A stretch of 24,998 bases of DNA from Candidatus Poseidoniaceae archaeon (lineage in GTDB: Archaea > Thermoplasmatota > Poseidoniia > Poseidoniales > Poseidoniaceae). Location: NCBI GenBank assembly GCA_965662895.1, contig CBFIJH010000003.1, positions 1 to 24,998 on the forward strand, given 5' to 3'. The first letter of the stretch is position 1, and each line of letters begins with the position of its first letter. The position numbers and the translations under genes are program-made. Of this stretch, positions 1 through 9,331 are shown in pieces. The notes under the pieces were generated by a model. It was not told the DNA's origin and made no database searches. It was given only the letters and a program-made list of their open reading frames with translations.

Positions 1-63
1 CTGTGCTGCTCATGTCATTGCCAATCCGAGATTGGACATATGCCTTTTCGCTTGTTTCGATGC

Positions 64-1764
64 TCAACGACGCCGATTTTGACGTCCAGGACGTCCATTT
101 CCACGAGAATTATGTCGGCCACCGGGACCCTTTCGGCCTCCGCCTTGGCGCCCTCCGCCGTGTCGACCTCCTCCACCGTGTCGTCGTTGACTCGGATGTC
201 GACCTTCGGGCTGGAAGGTCCAATCGTCGCTTCGACGTGGACGGACGTATCGACGTCCAACACGTTCTTGTTCCAAATCTTGGACAAGTTGGTCGATGAA
301 TTCCTCAGGAAGTTCAACTGCAGTAATCTTGTCGAGCATTTCGATACGACCAACGGACGCATCGGGTAGATTGCCAACTCGATAGACCATGCCTGTGATT
401 GAGCCACGATCGATTCCGTCCATGGCGCCTAGTCCTAGGACCAATGCGGCTTTCGGACCGTTGTCGCTCTTGTTGACTTGAGGCGTGGAACTCTTCTCTT
501 TCTCTGGAGAGGAGTGCAACAGCTTGGAGAGTGCTGCAATTGCGATATTTTCAGCAGACAGCCCAGAAGCCACTGCTTCATTGAAGGTGTCGATCGCATT
601 CTGTTGAGGTTCGATTTCAGTGAATTCTTCGACCAATTGTGCTCGTTGGATGTGGTCAATGTCCTTTTGTGTTGGAATGTCCATTCGTTCCAAAGCACCG
701 GCTTTCTTCTCGATTCGCTTGATGTGGCGAACGGCTCGATTACCAACCATGAGGACACTTCGTCCAGTTCGACCAGCACGGCCAGTACGGCCCACACGAT
801 GGATGTAGGTGTCATCGTCAGTGGGTAGATCATCCTGAATGACAAGATCAACACGGTCGACGTCGATACCACGGGCTGCAACATCGGTTGCGACCAAAAC
901 GTTGGTTCGACCTTCTCGGAATCGGTTCATGACACGTGTCCGTTCCGCTTGTGACATGCCTCCATGCAGGGCTTCAGCACCCTTTGGGCGAAGGATGTCG
1001 GCTACGGTTTCGACTCTGTTTCGTGTCTTGCAGAAGATGATGGCTGCATTGGGCTGCCATGCGAGGAGGAGCTTCTCGATTGCATCGACACGTTCTCGAA
1101 GTGTGCAAACCATGACAAATTGCTGAACCAAACTCGGAGGTCGCTCTTCCTTACCGGATGCTTGAATGCGCTCTGGTTCATTCAGGATTTTGTTGGAGAG
1201 TTTCTGTACGTGCTTGGGCATGGTTGCCGAAAAGAGAAGGGTTTGATGTTCTGGATTCATTTGATCGACGATGTATTCCAAATCCTCAGCAAATCCCATG
1301 CTCAGCATTTCATCGGCTTCGTCCAAAACGAGAACATCGTACTGATTGAGATCAACATTGCCTCGCTCCATGTGATCGCAGATGCGACCTGGTGTGGCGA
1401 CCAAAATGGCATCTGGCCATTCGGTCAATTGTTGAATTTGCTTCTTCATTGAGGCTCCACCGATAAGGGCAGTAGCAATGTTGTCGAGTCCACTCAAACG
1501 TTCGATTTCATTGACGACTTGCAAGGCAAGTTCGCGAGTTGGACAGATGATGACACCAGCTCGGTGCGTTTGGAGGATAGGGAGCACGAATGCTGCGGTC
1601 TTTCCTGTTCCTGTGCGGGCTGTTGCAAGCACATCTTTGCCTTCAATTGCTGGAGGAATCGCCATGGCTTGAACTGGTGTGGCAACTTCGTACCCGAGCG
1701 CGTCAAGTCGTTCGAGAAGGTGAGCATCAAGATTGAGGCTCTCAAAAGTGGTTGATTCAGACAT
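64..1764 (-). CDS. DEAD-box RNA helicase (DeaD/CsdA-like) with C-terminal DbpA-type RNA-binding domain and Gly/Arg-rich tail
   Basis: Q-motif (ATPVQ), motif I ARTGTGKT, PTRELA, TPGR, DEAD, SAT, TDVAARGID, HRVGRTGRAG. ATG 1764 (MSESTTF) preferred over GTG 1773. Confidence 0.95.
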   Translation of the reverse strand: MSESTTFESLNLDAHLLERLDALGYEVATPVQAMAIPPAIEGKDVLATARTGTGKTAAFVLPILQTHRAGVIICPTRELALQVVNEIERLSGLDNIATALIGGASMKKQIQQLTEWPDAILVATPGRICDHMERGNVDLNQYDVLVLDEADEMLSMGFAEDLEYIVDQMNPEHQTLLFSATMPKHVQKLSNKILNEPERIQASGKEERPPSLVQQFVMVCTLRERVDAIEKLLLAWQPNAAIIFCKTRNRVETVADILRPKGAEALHGGMSQAERTRVMNRFREGRTNVLVATDVAARGIDVDRVDLVIQDDLPTDDDTYIHRVGRTGRAGRTGRSVLMVGNRAVRHIKRIEKKAGALERMDIPTQKDIDHIQRAQLVEEFTEIEPQQNAIDTFNEAVASGLSAENIAIAALSKLLHSSPEKEKSSTPQVNKSDNGPKAALVLGLGAMDGIDRGSITGMVYRVGNLPDASVGRIEMLDKITAVELPEEFIDQLVQDLEQERVGRRYVRPRRSDDWTFQPEGRHPSQRRHGGGGRHGGGRQGGGRKGPGGRHNSRGNGRPGRQNRRR

Positions 1765-1865
1765 TTTGCACACCGCTAGGCGTGCCCCAGCAGTTTGCCC
1801 TGCTCGCCCCCCTCGTTTAAGCGCGCCCTATGGATTGAGGATTTGTCTCTTGTTTGACACGATTG

Positions 1866-2318
1866 TCATCCTTTCCGTTTCTCGACGATGTGAAGGTCGG
1901 TGATTTTGGCGTTCGGATATTGCCCATCATCGTCTTTTTCGTAGGATTTGATCATGTCAAGAACGCACAATAGCCCTGCACTGACACCCGTGATGGCTTC
2001 CATTTCGATGCCAGTTTTGTAGTGTGCTGAGACGTGAACTGTGCAACGAAGTGTGGTTTCTTCCCATGCCCAATCAACTTTGCATCCTTCCAATGGAATC
2101 GGATGGCAGTGAGGGATAATTCGAGGTGTTTCCTTAACCGCTTGAATCGCAGCAATGGTTGATGCTTCGAGAACGTCTCCTTTCTTGACCGTCTTGTCAA
2201 CAATGGCCTGTTTTGTTGCTTCTTGAAGATGCAAGAGGCCAGTTGCGGTTGCTTTTCGCTCAACAACTGGTTTTGTTCCTATCTCGACGATACCTTGTAT
2301 TTCCTTGTCCATGTTCAT
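1866..2318 (-). CDS. moaC: Cyclic pyranopterin monophosphate synthase MoaC
   Basis: KGDVL, IPHCHPIPL and TGIEMEAITG motifs. ATG 2318 overlaps the moaE stop (ATGA). Confidence 0.93.
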   Translation of the reverse strand: MNMDKEIQGIVEIGTKPVVERKATATGLLHLQEATKQAIVDKTVKKGDVLEASTIAAIQAVKETPRIIPHCHPIPLEGCKVDWAWEETTLRCTVHVSAHYKTGIEMEAITGVSAGLLCVLDMIKSYEKDDDGQYPNAKITDLHIVEKRKG

Positions 2319-2740
2319 CCCAATCCTGCTTTCCAAGTCGATCCTTCTGAGGTCACTTCACGTTTCCACAATGGAGCCTGTTTCTTGAGTTCATCGATGA
2401 GCCACTCACACGCTTGGAATGCTTCCTTACGATGAGGGCTTGCGACGTGTATGCTGACAATCGATTCTTGTGGTTCGACACGTCCCGTTCGGTGCGCCAT
2501 GGCTACGGATAAGGTTCCGAATGTGTCGCACGCTTGGTTGGCTAAATCTCGAAGCACAGGTCCAAGCTTTTCTTGCCATGCATCGAACTCAAGAGCATAG
2601 ACTTCTGCGTCACCTTCCGTCCCTCGAGTGATGCCGAGGAACGAGACGATAGCGCCACATCCTTTGGTCTCAAGCTGTTCTCGTAACGCTGCATGATCAA
2701 GAGCATCAGGGGCTTCTTCGATGATGATATGGCGCCCCAT
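2315..2740 (-). CDS. moaE: Molybdopterin synthase catalytic subunit MoaE
   Basis: CGAIVSFLGITR, HRTGRV, SPHRKEAF, IDELKKQAPLWKRE. Start 2740 chosen; 2761 is an alternative. Confidence 0.92.
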   Translation of the reverse strand: MGRHIIIEEAPDALDHAALREQLETKGCGAIVSFLGITRGTEGDAEVYALEFDAWQEKLGPVLRDLANQACDTFGTLSVAMAHRTGRVEPQESIVSIHVASPHRKEAFQACEWLIDELKKQAPLWKREVTSEGSTWKAGLG

Positions 2741-2791
2741 GATGATGCGAAGGGAGCGCATGATTCAAGGGTAACGGCTCGATGGGGCAAC

Positions 2792-4057
2792 ATGGCCGAT
2801 AGCGCTGACTCGACCAAACCCATTCACATCATGGGTGCTGGATTGTCGGGTCTGGCTGCTGCAACAATTCTTGCGAAAGCAGGTAGGGAGGTGCATGTTC
2901 ACGACATTCGCACCGATTCAGGTGCGCGATTCGACGGAGATTTTCAGGCGCTCGAGAACTGGTCGATGAACGTTGATTTCTTTGACCAATTGGAAGAATG
3001 GGGCTTTGATGCTTCGGAGTTTCAAGCCACGGAATTTCAGGTCGTTGATTTGATTCATCCTGATGATGTCATCACACAGCCAAAGAGTGACCGGGTTGCC
3101 TATCGAATCGTAGAGCGTGGAACCTCTGACCACACCATCGACCAAGGGATGAAGCGTCAAGCCATGGATGCTGGAGCAACCATTCATTACAAATCTCGCG
3201 TTAAGGAAGAGGATTGCACCATCATCGCTTGTGGTCCAAAAGGAACGTCTGCCGTAGCCTATGGTGAAATTTTCAAGACCTCTCATCCCAATCACATTGC
3301 GTTTCAATTGAACGACAAACTTGCACCAGGAGCGTACTCGTATCTCATCATCGTCAATGGCGTCGGCCTCATCTGTACGTGTTTATGGAGAAAGCAATCC
3401 AAGAGTGAACGCTTCCTCAACGAGACCATCGCATGGTACGAAAAGCACTATCCGAACCTTGATCGAACGCCCATTAAGCGCGTCGGTGGGAAAGGAGATT
3501 TCACCATCAATCAACGATACAAGCAAGATGGGCGATACTATGTCGGCGAATCGGGTGGTCTTCAAGATTTCATGTGGGGATTCGGCATGCGGATGGCTGT
3601 TTGGTCTGGCGTTTTAGCCGCCAAGGATTTGCTTGGTGAGTGCGATTATGAAACCGAGGTTCGCAAGCAATTGTTGCCGTATGTTCGCACCAGTGTTGCA
3701 AATAGGTGGCTCATGAACCGTGTTGGTGATGGTATGTTCAAGCGAATGTGTCGTGCATGGATGAAAGATCAGAAGAAGCGAGGCGATGGCTTGGTTTGGA
3801 TTGGTAAATTGTTCCGGCCACGATGGTACAAGACACTCCTGTATCACCTCGTCACACCGTTCATGCTGACCAAGGATCCGAAAGCGATGGGTCGTGGTGT
3901 TCGACGCATGCCGTTTAGGAAAGCTAAGGCGAGAGATGTTTGGGAACAGTCCCCAGAAGCAGCCTCCATCGGAGAACAATGGAATGAAGTTCGACGAGGT
4001 GGAGGCAAGGTTTCGTTTGCCAACGACTCGGATGAGGCGAGCATTTCCAGCGAATAG
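2792..4057 (+). CDS. FAD-dependent oxidoreductase (geranylgeranyl-reductase-like superfamily)
   Basis: N-terminal Rossmann IMGAGLSGLAAA, APGAYSYL segment, VGESGG FAD motif. Start moved to 2792 to avoid overlapping moaE. Confidence 0.75.
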   Translation: MADSADSTKPIHIMGAGLSGLAAATILAKAGREVHVHDIRTDSGARFDGDFQALENWSMNVDFFDQLEEWGFDASEFQATEFQVVDLIHPDDVITQPKSDRVAYRIVERGTSDHTIDQGMKRQAMDAGATIHYKSRVKEEDCTIIACGPKGTSAVAYGEIFKTSHPNHIAFQLNDKLAPGAYSYLIIVNGVGLICTCLWRKQSKSERFLNETIAWYEKHYPNLDRTPIKRVGGKGDFTINQRYKQDGRYYVGESGGLQDFMWGFGMRMAVWSGVLAAKDLLGECDYETEVRKQLLPYVRTSVANRWLMNRVGDGMFKRMCRAWMKDQKKRGDGLVWIGKLFRPRWYKTLLYHLVTPFMLTKDPKAMGRGVRRMPFRKAKARDVWEQSPEAASIGEQWNEVRRGGGKVSFANDSDEASISSE

Positions 4058-4099
4058 GCGCGACGATTTGTTCATAATGCGAATCGTTTTCGGGCAAAT

Positions 4100-4954
4100 A
4101 TGAGCGACCTCAATTTCGAAGCCATGCCCAACAAACTCGTGAACTATGCTACTCTCGATGGTATTGCCGTCATCGAATTGGCAAGTGATGCTGCAGGAGC
4201 ACCACTAACCGAAACCAACGACCGTTCACCTAATACTTACACGCACGAAATGATGAGCGATCTTGATGATGCCATCATCAAGGCTCGATTCGATGACGAT
4301 GTTTCCTGCATCGTCTTGACAGGAAACGGTTCCTCATTCTTTTCGGCGGGAGCTTCGATTCAAATGTTGAACAGTGTATCGCCAGGATTCAAGTACAACT
4401 TCTGTCTTCATGCTAATGAAACGCTTTCTCGCCTCGAACAGACCTCAAAATTGGTCGTTTGTGCCATCAATGGACACGCAGTCGGTGGCGGTCTTGAAAT
4501 CGCCATGGCTGCAGACATTCGCATTGCTCGCAAGAACTCTGGAAAAGTCGGTCTACCTGAAATCAACCTCGGTGTTCTCGCAGGTACGGGTGGAACCGCC
4601 CGATTGACTCGACTCATTGGAAAGGCCAAGGCGCTTGAGATGATGGTTACGGGTGAACTCATGTCCTTTGAGGATGCGCATGCACACAACCTCATCAACC
4701 ACATCTGGGAAGGCGACGCTGCTGATTTCCGTCGAGACATTCTCGACTGGTGCAGCCAGTTTACACTGCCAAACAAGGCAACTAAGGCTGTTGGAAACAT
4801 CAAGCGTTCCTGCCAGACTGGGCCAGAAATTCCATTCGAGTACCATCTTGCTCTTGAGCGAGAGTTGCAAGCTGCACTCTTCAACTCAAGTGATGCGAAG
4901 GAAGGAATTGCTGCATACGTCGAGAAGCGCGTTGCGAACTTTACTGGTGAATGA
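4100..4954 (+). CDS. Enoyl-CoA hydratase/isomerase (crotonase) family protein
   Basis: FFSAGA, AINGHAVGGGLEIAMAADIRIA, GLPEINLGVLAGTGGT, DAKEGIAAYVEKR. Confidence 0.92.
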   Translation: MSDLNFEAMPNKLVNYATLDGIAVIELASDAAGAPLTETNDRSPNTYTHEMMSDLDDAIIKARFDDDVSCIVLTGNGSSFFSAGASIQMLNSVSPGFKYNFCLHANETLSRLEQTSKLVVCAINGHAVGGGLEIAMAADIRIARKNSGKVGLPEINLGVLAGTGGTARLTRLIGKAKALEMMVTGELMSFEDAHAHNLINHIWEGDAADFRRDILDWCSQFTLPNKATKAVGNIKRSCQTGPEIPFEYHLALERELQAALFNSSDAKEGIAAYVEKRVANFTGE

Positions 4955-4965
4955 GGTCGAATGGA

Positions 4966-5892
4966 ATGTCTGACTACCACATTCCTGCTGACGTTCCCGA
5001 CGACCTTGCAGACACGTATCTTGAGAACTTGATGGCTGCTACATGCGGTACAGGTTCCATGAACTTGTTTGCATGCGATCAGAAAATCGAACATTTGAAT
5101 GATGACTTCTATGATGGTGGGGATTCGATTCCACTCTCATCCAACGACCCCGGGCACTTGTTCGAGATTGGAGCACAAGCCCATCGAGAAGGTACGGTCG
5201 GTGTTCTTGCTGCACAAGGCGGACTCATCTCATTGTACGGTCGCGACCATCCGGATGTTCCTTACTTGGTGAAACTGAATTCCAAGTCAAATTTGGTCAA
5301 GACCAAGCAACGCGATCCAATCAGTCTCGCCATGTGGGACATGGACGATGTTATGTCTCTCGTTTCCAACGGACTGAACGTCGTTGGAATCGGTTACACT
5401 GTCTACATCGGTAGCGAGTACGAGCATGAAATGATGACCGAAGCGGCGCATTTCATTCGCCAAGCCCACGAAGAAGGCATGATCGCTGTTGTTTGGATGT
5501 ATCCTCGAGGCAAGGCTGTTGAAGATGAGAAAGATCCACAGTTGATCTCTGGTGCAGCAGGTGTTGCAGCGTGTATTGGTGCTGACTTTGCAAAGGTCAA
5601 CTACCCACGTGCATGGGATGGAATGACACAACCAGAATCTCTCAAAGTCGCTGTTGAAGCTGCTGGCCGATGTGGAATCATCTGCTCTGGGGGAGGCTCT
5701 CTCCCTCCACGAGATTTCCTTCAACGTTTGTGGGACCAAATCAACGTCAGTGGTTGCAAAGGTGCAGCGACTGGACGAAACATTCACCAGAAAACAACCG
5801 ATGAAGCCGTTCGGATGACCGCTGCTTGCCATGCGATTATTTCACAAGGTGCAAGTGTTGATGAAGCAATGGCAATCTTTGAAGGCAACTAA
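4966..5892 (+). CDS. Class I aldolase, DhnA/FbaB family (fructose-bisphosphate aldolase-like)
   Basis: DQKIEH, YPRG, GADFAKVNYP (Schiff-base Lys), GRNIHQ. GAGGT SD precedes ATG 4966. Confidence 0.85.
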   Translation: MSDYHIPADVPDDLADTYLENLMAATCGTGSMNLFACDQKIEHLNDDFYDGGDSIPLSSNDPGHLFEIGAQAHREGTVGVLAAQGGLISLYGRDHPDVPYLVKLNSKSNLVKTKQRDPISLAMWDMDDVMSLVSNGLNVVGIGYTVYIGSEYEHEMMTEAAHFIRQAHEEGMIAVVWMYPRGKAVEDEKDPQLISGAAGVAACIGADFAKVNYPRAWDGMTQPESLKVAVEAAGRCGIICSGGGSLPPRDFLQRLWDQINVSGCKGAATGRNIHQKTTDEAVRMTAACHAIISQGASVDEAMAIFEGN

Positions 5893-5953
5893 ACCAAATC
5901 TGTTCACTGCAACTCGAACAAGGGTTTATTGTTCAAGCACTGGATTTTACGAT

Positions 5954-6190
5954 ATGAAAAACGTTGGTGGTGGCGAAAGAGCCCTTCGTGCGCTTTTCGG
6001 ATCAAGCTTCGTATTGCTTGATTTTTTTGCAACGATTCAACTCGAATTCGTTTTTCTTATTCTTGGACTATGGGGAGTCCTTACATCGGCCTTCGGTTAT
6101 TGCCCCTTCAACAGTCTTCTCGGAAGAAACACTTGCGCAATCAAGTATGAAGAGCCATCAAAGGATGACATGACGGTTGAACCGATCTAG
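5954..6190 (+). CDS. DUF2892/YgaP-family small membrane protein
   Basis: MKNVGGGERALR, two hydrophobic segments, GYCPFNSLLGRNTC signature. Confidence 0.85.
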   Translation: MKNVGGGERALRALFGSSFVLLDFFATIQLEFVFLILGLWGVLTSAFGYCPFNSLLGRNTCAIKYEEPSKDDMTVEPI

Positions 6191-6513
6191 TTCTTCTTCA
6201 TATCATCGCCCATTGTGATGTTGCCATCTTTGTCGATGATGATTGGAGTGCCTTCTTTCCATCCTGGGCAGTTGTCTTCAACCCAGATTCGGGTTGCCCA
6301 CTCGCAGATGTCGTATCCTCCGGAAAGAATACCTGAACGCTTGATGTAGCCGACTTTGACGATGTCTTTGTCCTTTGAAAGTACATTTCCAAGTTGTTGA
6401 CTTGTGGTGCCGTGTCGCATGGTGCTGTTGATGTGCTCCAAAATTTCAGCAGTATTTCGTGGGCGATCGCCTAGGAATTTCTTGATTTTTTCTCGTATGC
6501 GTACAGTTTTCAT
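6187..6513 (-). CDS. DUF3860-family winged-helix putative nucleic-acid-binding protein
   Basis: MKTVRIREKIKKFLGDRPRNTAEILEHINSTMRHGTTSQQLGNVLSKDKDIVKVG matches my recollection of the marine DUF3860 family (not searched). GGAGGA SD before 6513; 6549 is an alternative start. Confidence 0.8.
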   Translation of the reverse strand: MKTVRIREKIKKFLGDRPRNTAEILEHINSTMRHGTTSQQLGNVLSKDKDIVKVGYIKRSGILSGGYDICEWATRIWVEDNCPGWKEGTPIIIDKDGNITMGDDMKKN

Positions 6514-6785
6514 ATTTTTGTCCTCCTGTGAATTTCGCTTTTCGCTCATTGGCGAAGTCGCTGAACCGTAGGAGCGAGGCCACTCATATAACCGTTCCTC
6601 CAACAATCAACGAGTTTGTTACCAATACTGACAAGAATAGGTGTAATTTTTACACGAATCAACGTCTTAAGTAAGTGAAATCTCACAATTCCAGTAGAAA
6701 CCAGTAACTAATTGTAACTATTTTGTGAAGAAAGAGGTAACAGATAAAAAGGATGGCCTTTACGTAGTGGTAAAAGTGACTCATC

Positions 6786-9305
6786 ATGCCAAAAAAGACC
6801 ATCCGAAGTCGTTACCAACGACGTATCCTCGATTGGCTTCTTGATGACGGAGGAACGGTTTCTCAGGCCTCGGATGCATTAGGCATCGCAATGCCTCACG
6901 CCTCACTTGCGCTGCGTCAACTGCGGGAATCAGGCGAAGTTCAACGAGATGAATCAACATCGATACGTGGAGCTATGCATCGTTTAACGCCGGTTGGAGC
7001 AAATCATTTGTTTCAGGATATCGTTGAGCGCGTCCGCAAGTATGTCACTTCCGTACCTCGTGGAATGAATGCCGTTGTTTTGTCCAACGATCAATCAAGC
7101 ATCGTTCTCGGCATACTTTCTTTGCCTCCATCCAGACTCATTTCGTTGCCAAGAAGAACCGAATTGTTGGAACAAGAACAAGGCTCACGTTCCACTGGAA
7201 AGAGAGGGGGGCTCTGGGCGCTCCAACGCGGCTCCACCGTTCATTGGGTTTCACGCTCAACTTACGAGCCAGTCTCCGCACCTTCTCCTCCAGTCGAAGG
7301 GACATTGACGGCTTTCTCGACACAAACCGATGCCATCGGTATCCTTCGCCTTCGTCTTCTTTCCCAATCCGATACTTGGGGCGTTGCAAATGGAACCTGG
7401 ATACGCCTCGAGGAGAAGGAAGTCGAAGGACCATCGCAACTTCATGTCGGCGAACATGCCATTGGTCAAGTCGTAGGAACGCCCTTTTCAGTCCGACCAG
7501 AACATGGCTTGTACGCCCATTTACCCTCGCCCGTTGACCGTACTCTTCTTGCTTCGTCGTTGGGCAATCGAGCCCAAATTTTGACGGAGTCTGTTTCGTT
7601 TTCAAACAACCGATCCTTACCTGTTGGCGTACTTGGGCCGTGGATGAAGAAACGTCATCCTCGCCTGTCCTCAAAGAAACGAAAGAGCCGTCTCCGTTCG
7701 TTGACGCGTTGGCTTCTTTCTGGTCGAGGAAAACAACCTGTGCTCAGTGTGCGAAGGGATTTGTTGGCAGATTTTGGTGAACGCACTTGGAGAGACCAAT
7801 CAGGGGCGATTGATGTTGTTCTCTTGGATGGTATCTCGCAGCACGGCGCCATTTGCATTGTCGAATGGATGCTCGAGACAACGGACTTTGACATGGTTGT
7901 TGAATGGCCTTGGTCGGAAGTCGAGGATTCGTCATTAATGGAACGCCTCCTTTCTTCGGGTCGATGCCGGGCCCTCATTACGTCTCGTGGTGAGGCAAAG
8001 AATTTCTCAAGCAAAACCGCAACGATTTCTTCAACGGATCAACTTGCAACAGTCTCCTATCGTCTTTCTGAACAGTACGAATTTCCAGTACAATTGGACC
8101 GAATCGTGTCACGATCAGAACCGGAAGCAACACGAGACGGTTTGCCAGCAGATGCTTCAGAACTTGTCCGATGGTTTCAATCTGGTGGACTTGATGAGGG
8201 CATTTTAACAAACAAGAAATCTGAATCAAGCCAGTCTCGCCACCATATCCGGCAAGCAATGCGTTTGTTTCCTGAAGGGGATTCCGATTTTTCGAATTCA
8301 ATGGAACGAGAAGCACCACTCGCTGCTTGGATTGCCAGTCCAGAATCAGAACGCCCCACACGATGGAAACGACTGGAATCGGTTCTGCCACATGGGTGGG
8401 TGGATTTGGTCGCAGTCGAAACCTTGGATGCAGTTACGCTCGTGAAAGCAATGGCTCGAACCACGACCGAGTGGAAACAGAGAGCTGCTCGAGAAGTCAT
8501 GAATGCTTTTGATTCGAATTCATCATTGCTGGTCGACATCGTACCACTTCTTGATATCGAGGCCTACAAAACAATGGCTGCGCACGTTCTTCTTCTCTCA
8601 AACAAAAGACATCATTCGGATGTGAAATCGATTCTTCCCAAAGCTGCAACAGTTTGGCTTGATGCGCCATTTGATGAAGAACATGTCTTATCTTCGCTTT
8701 TTGGTTTGAGAAAAACGCATCAAATTGATGGAGATTTGTTGCAACGTTTCCTCAAAGGAGCAAGTGTTCATCCACGTGGCTCCTTCCTTCGGACGTGGTA
8801 CGAATTGCTTACAGTATTGGATGAGGGCGCACCTATTCCGATGGATTTCATGCGAACCTGCATCAATGTGCTACCCGAGATCTGGTGGTCAACATGGGCG
8901 CTTGACTGGCTTGATGCTCAACTCTCGACGGCAGCAGGACGAGAATGGCTTGCCCATCATCCAAAGGCTTGGCCAGCATTACTCTTCAGACCGAATGGTG
9001 AATCCCTTGGACTACCTGGCCATCCTCGTCAACATCCAGGATACACAAATCGGACAAATATGAAACTCAATTTGCTGATGGTTCCAGAAGGGTCCGGAAC
9101 TCCAGCCCTCATGGATGTCCATGATATGATTCAACGTCTGGAGCATGGTGGTCAAGTTCACCATGGCCGAACGCATCCACTCGTTGGTTGGCTAACGTGT
9201 GATGTCGAGAAGTGGCCTGATTTTTCAATGGAAGAACTTCTTGACGGGCATGATGAGATTGCTCGACTCCTTGTTGGAAAATCGATGTTGTACAGAATGC
9301 ATTGA
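6786..9305 (+). CDS. Large hypothetical protein (839 aa) with N-terminal winged HTH
   Basis: Long uninterrupted ORF. N-terminal ILDWLLDDGGTVSQASDALGIAMPHASLALRQLRESGEV...HRLTPVG resembles an ArsR/MarR-type wHTH; the rest is unrecognised. Confidence 0.8.
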   Translation: MPKKTIRSRYQRRILDWLLDDGGTVSQASDALGIAMPHASLALRQLRESGEVQRDESTSIRGAMHRLTPVGANHLFQDIVERVRKYVTSVPRGMNAVVLSNDQSSIVLGILSLPPSRLISLPRRTELLEQEQGSRSTGKRGGLWALQRGSTVHWVSRSTYEPVSAPSPPVEGTLTAFSTQTDAIGILRLRLLSQSDTWGVANGTWIRLEEKEVEGPSQLHVGEHAIGQVVGTPFSVRPEHGLYAHLPSPVDRTLLASSLGNRAQILTESVSFSNNRSLPVGVLGPWMKKRHPRLSSKKRKSRLRSLTRWLLSGRGKQPVLSVRRDLLADFGERTWRDQSGAIDVVLLDGISQHGAICIVEWMLETTDFDMVVEWPWSEVEDSSLMERLLSSGRCRALITSRGEAKNFSSKTATISSTDQLATVSYRLSEQYEFPVQLDRIVSRSEPEATRDGLPADASELVRWFQSGGLDEGILTNKKSESSQSRHHIRQAMRLFPEGDSDFSNSMEREAPLAAWIASPESERPTRWKRLESVLPHGWVDLVAVETLDAVTLVKAMARTTTEWKQRAAREVMNAFDSNSSLLVDIVPLLDIEAYKTMAAHVLLLSNKRHHSDVKSILPKAATVWLDAPFDEEHVLSSLFGLRKTHQIDGDLLQRFLKGASVHPRGSFLRTWYELLTVLDEGAPIPMDFMRTCINVLPEIWWSTWALDWLDAQLSTAAGREWLAHHPKAWPALLFRPNGESLGLPGHPRQHPGYTNRTNMKLNLLMVPEGSGTPALMDVHDMIQRLEHGGQVHHGRTHPLVGWLTCDVEKWPDFSMEELLDGHDEIARLLVGKSMLYRMH

Positions 9306-9331
9306 ACGCCGATGATTTGAAAAGGACTTTG

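Noticed and set aside
1-13. Possible start of another minus-strand gene (ATG AGC AGC ACA) at the left edge
   Set aside because: Only four codons are visible; cannot be supported.
100-190. Imperfect short repeats at the helicase 3' end
   Set aside because: They encode the GGGRH/GGGRQ/GGGRK low-complexity tail typical of DEAD-box helicases; not a CRISPR array or mobile repeat.
1779-1808. GC-rich hairpin upstream of the helicase (AGCAG/CTGCT, GGCG/CGCC)
   Set aside because: Short, and partly upstream of the TSS expected from the TTTAAG box at 1816-1821. Insufficient evidence for a regulatory RNA.
4408-5094. 228-aa minus-strand ORF; likewise 22023-22733 (+) and many 60-180-aa ORFs
   Set aside because: Antisense or out-of-frame shadows of genes with clear family motifs.
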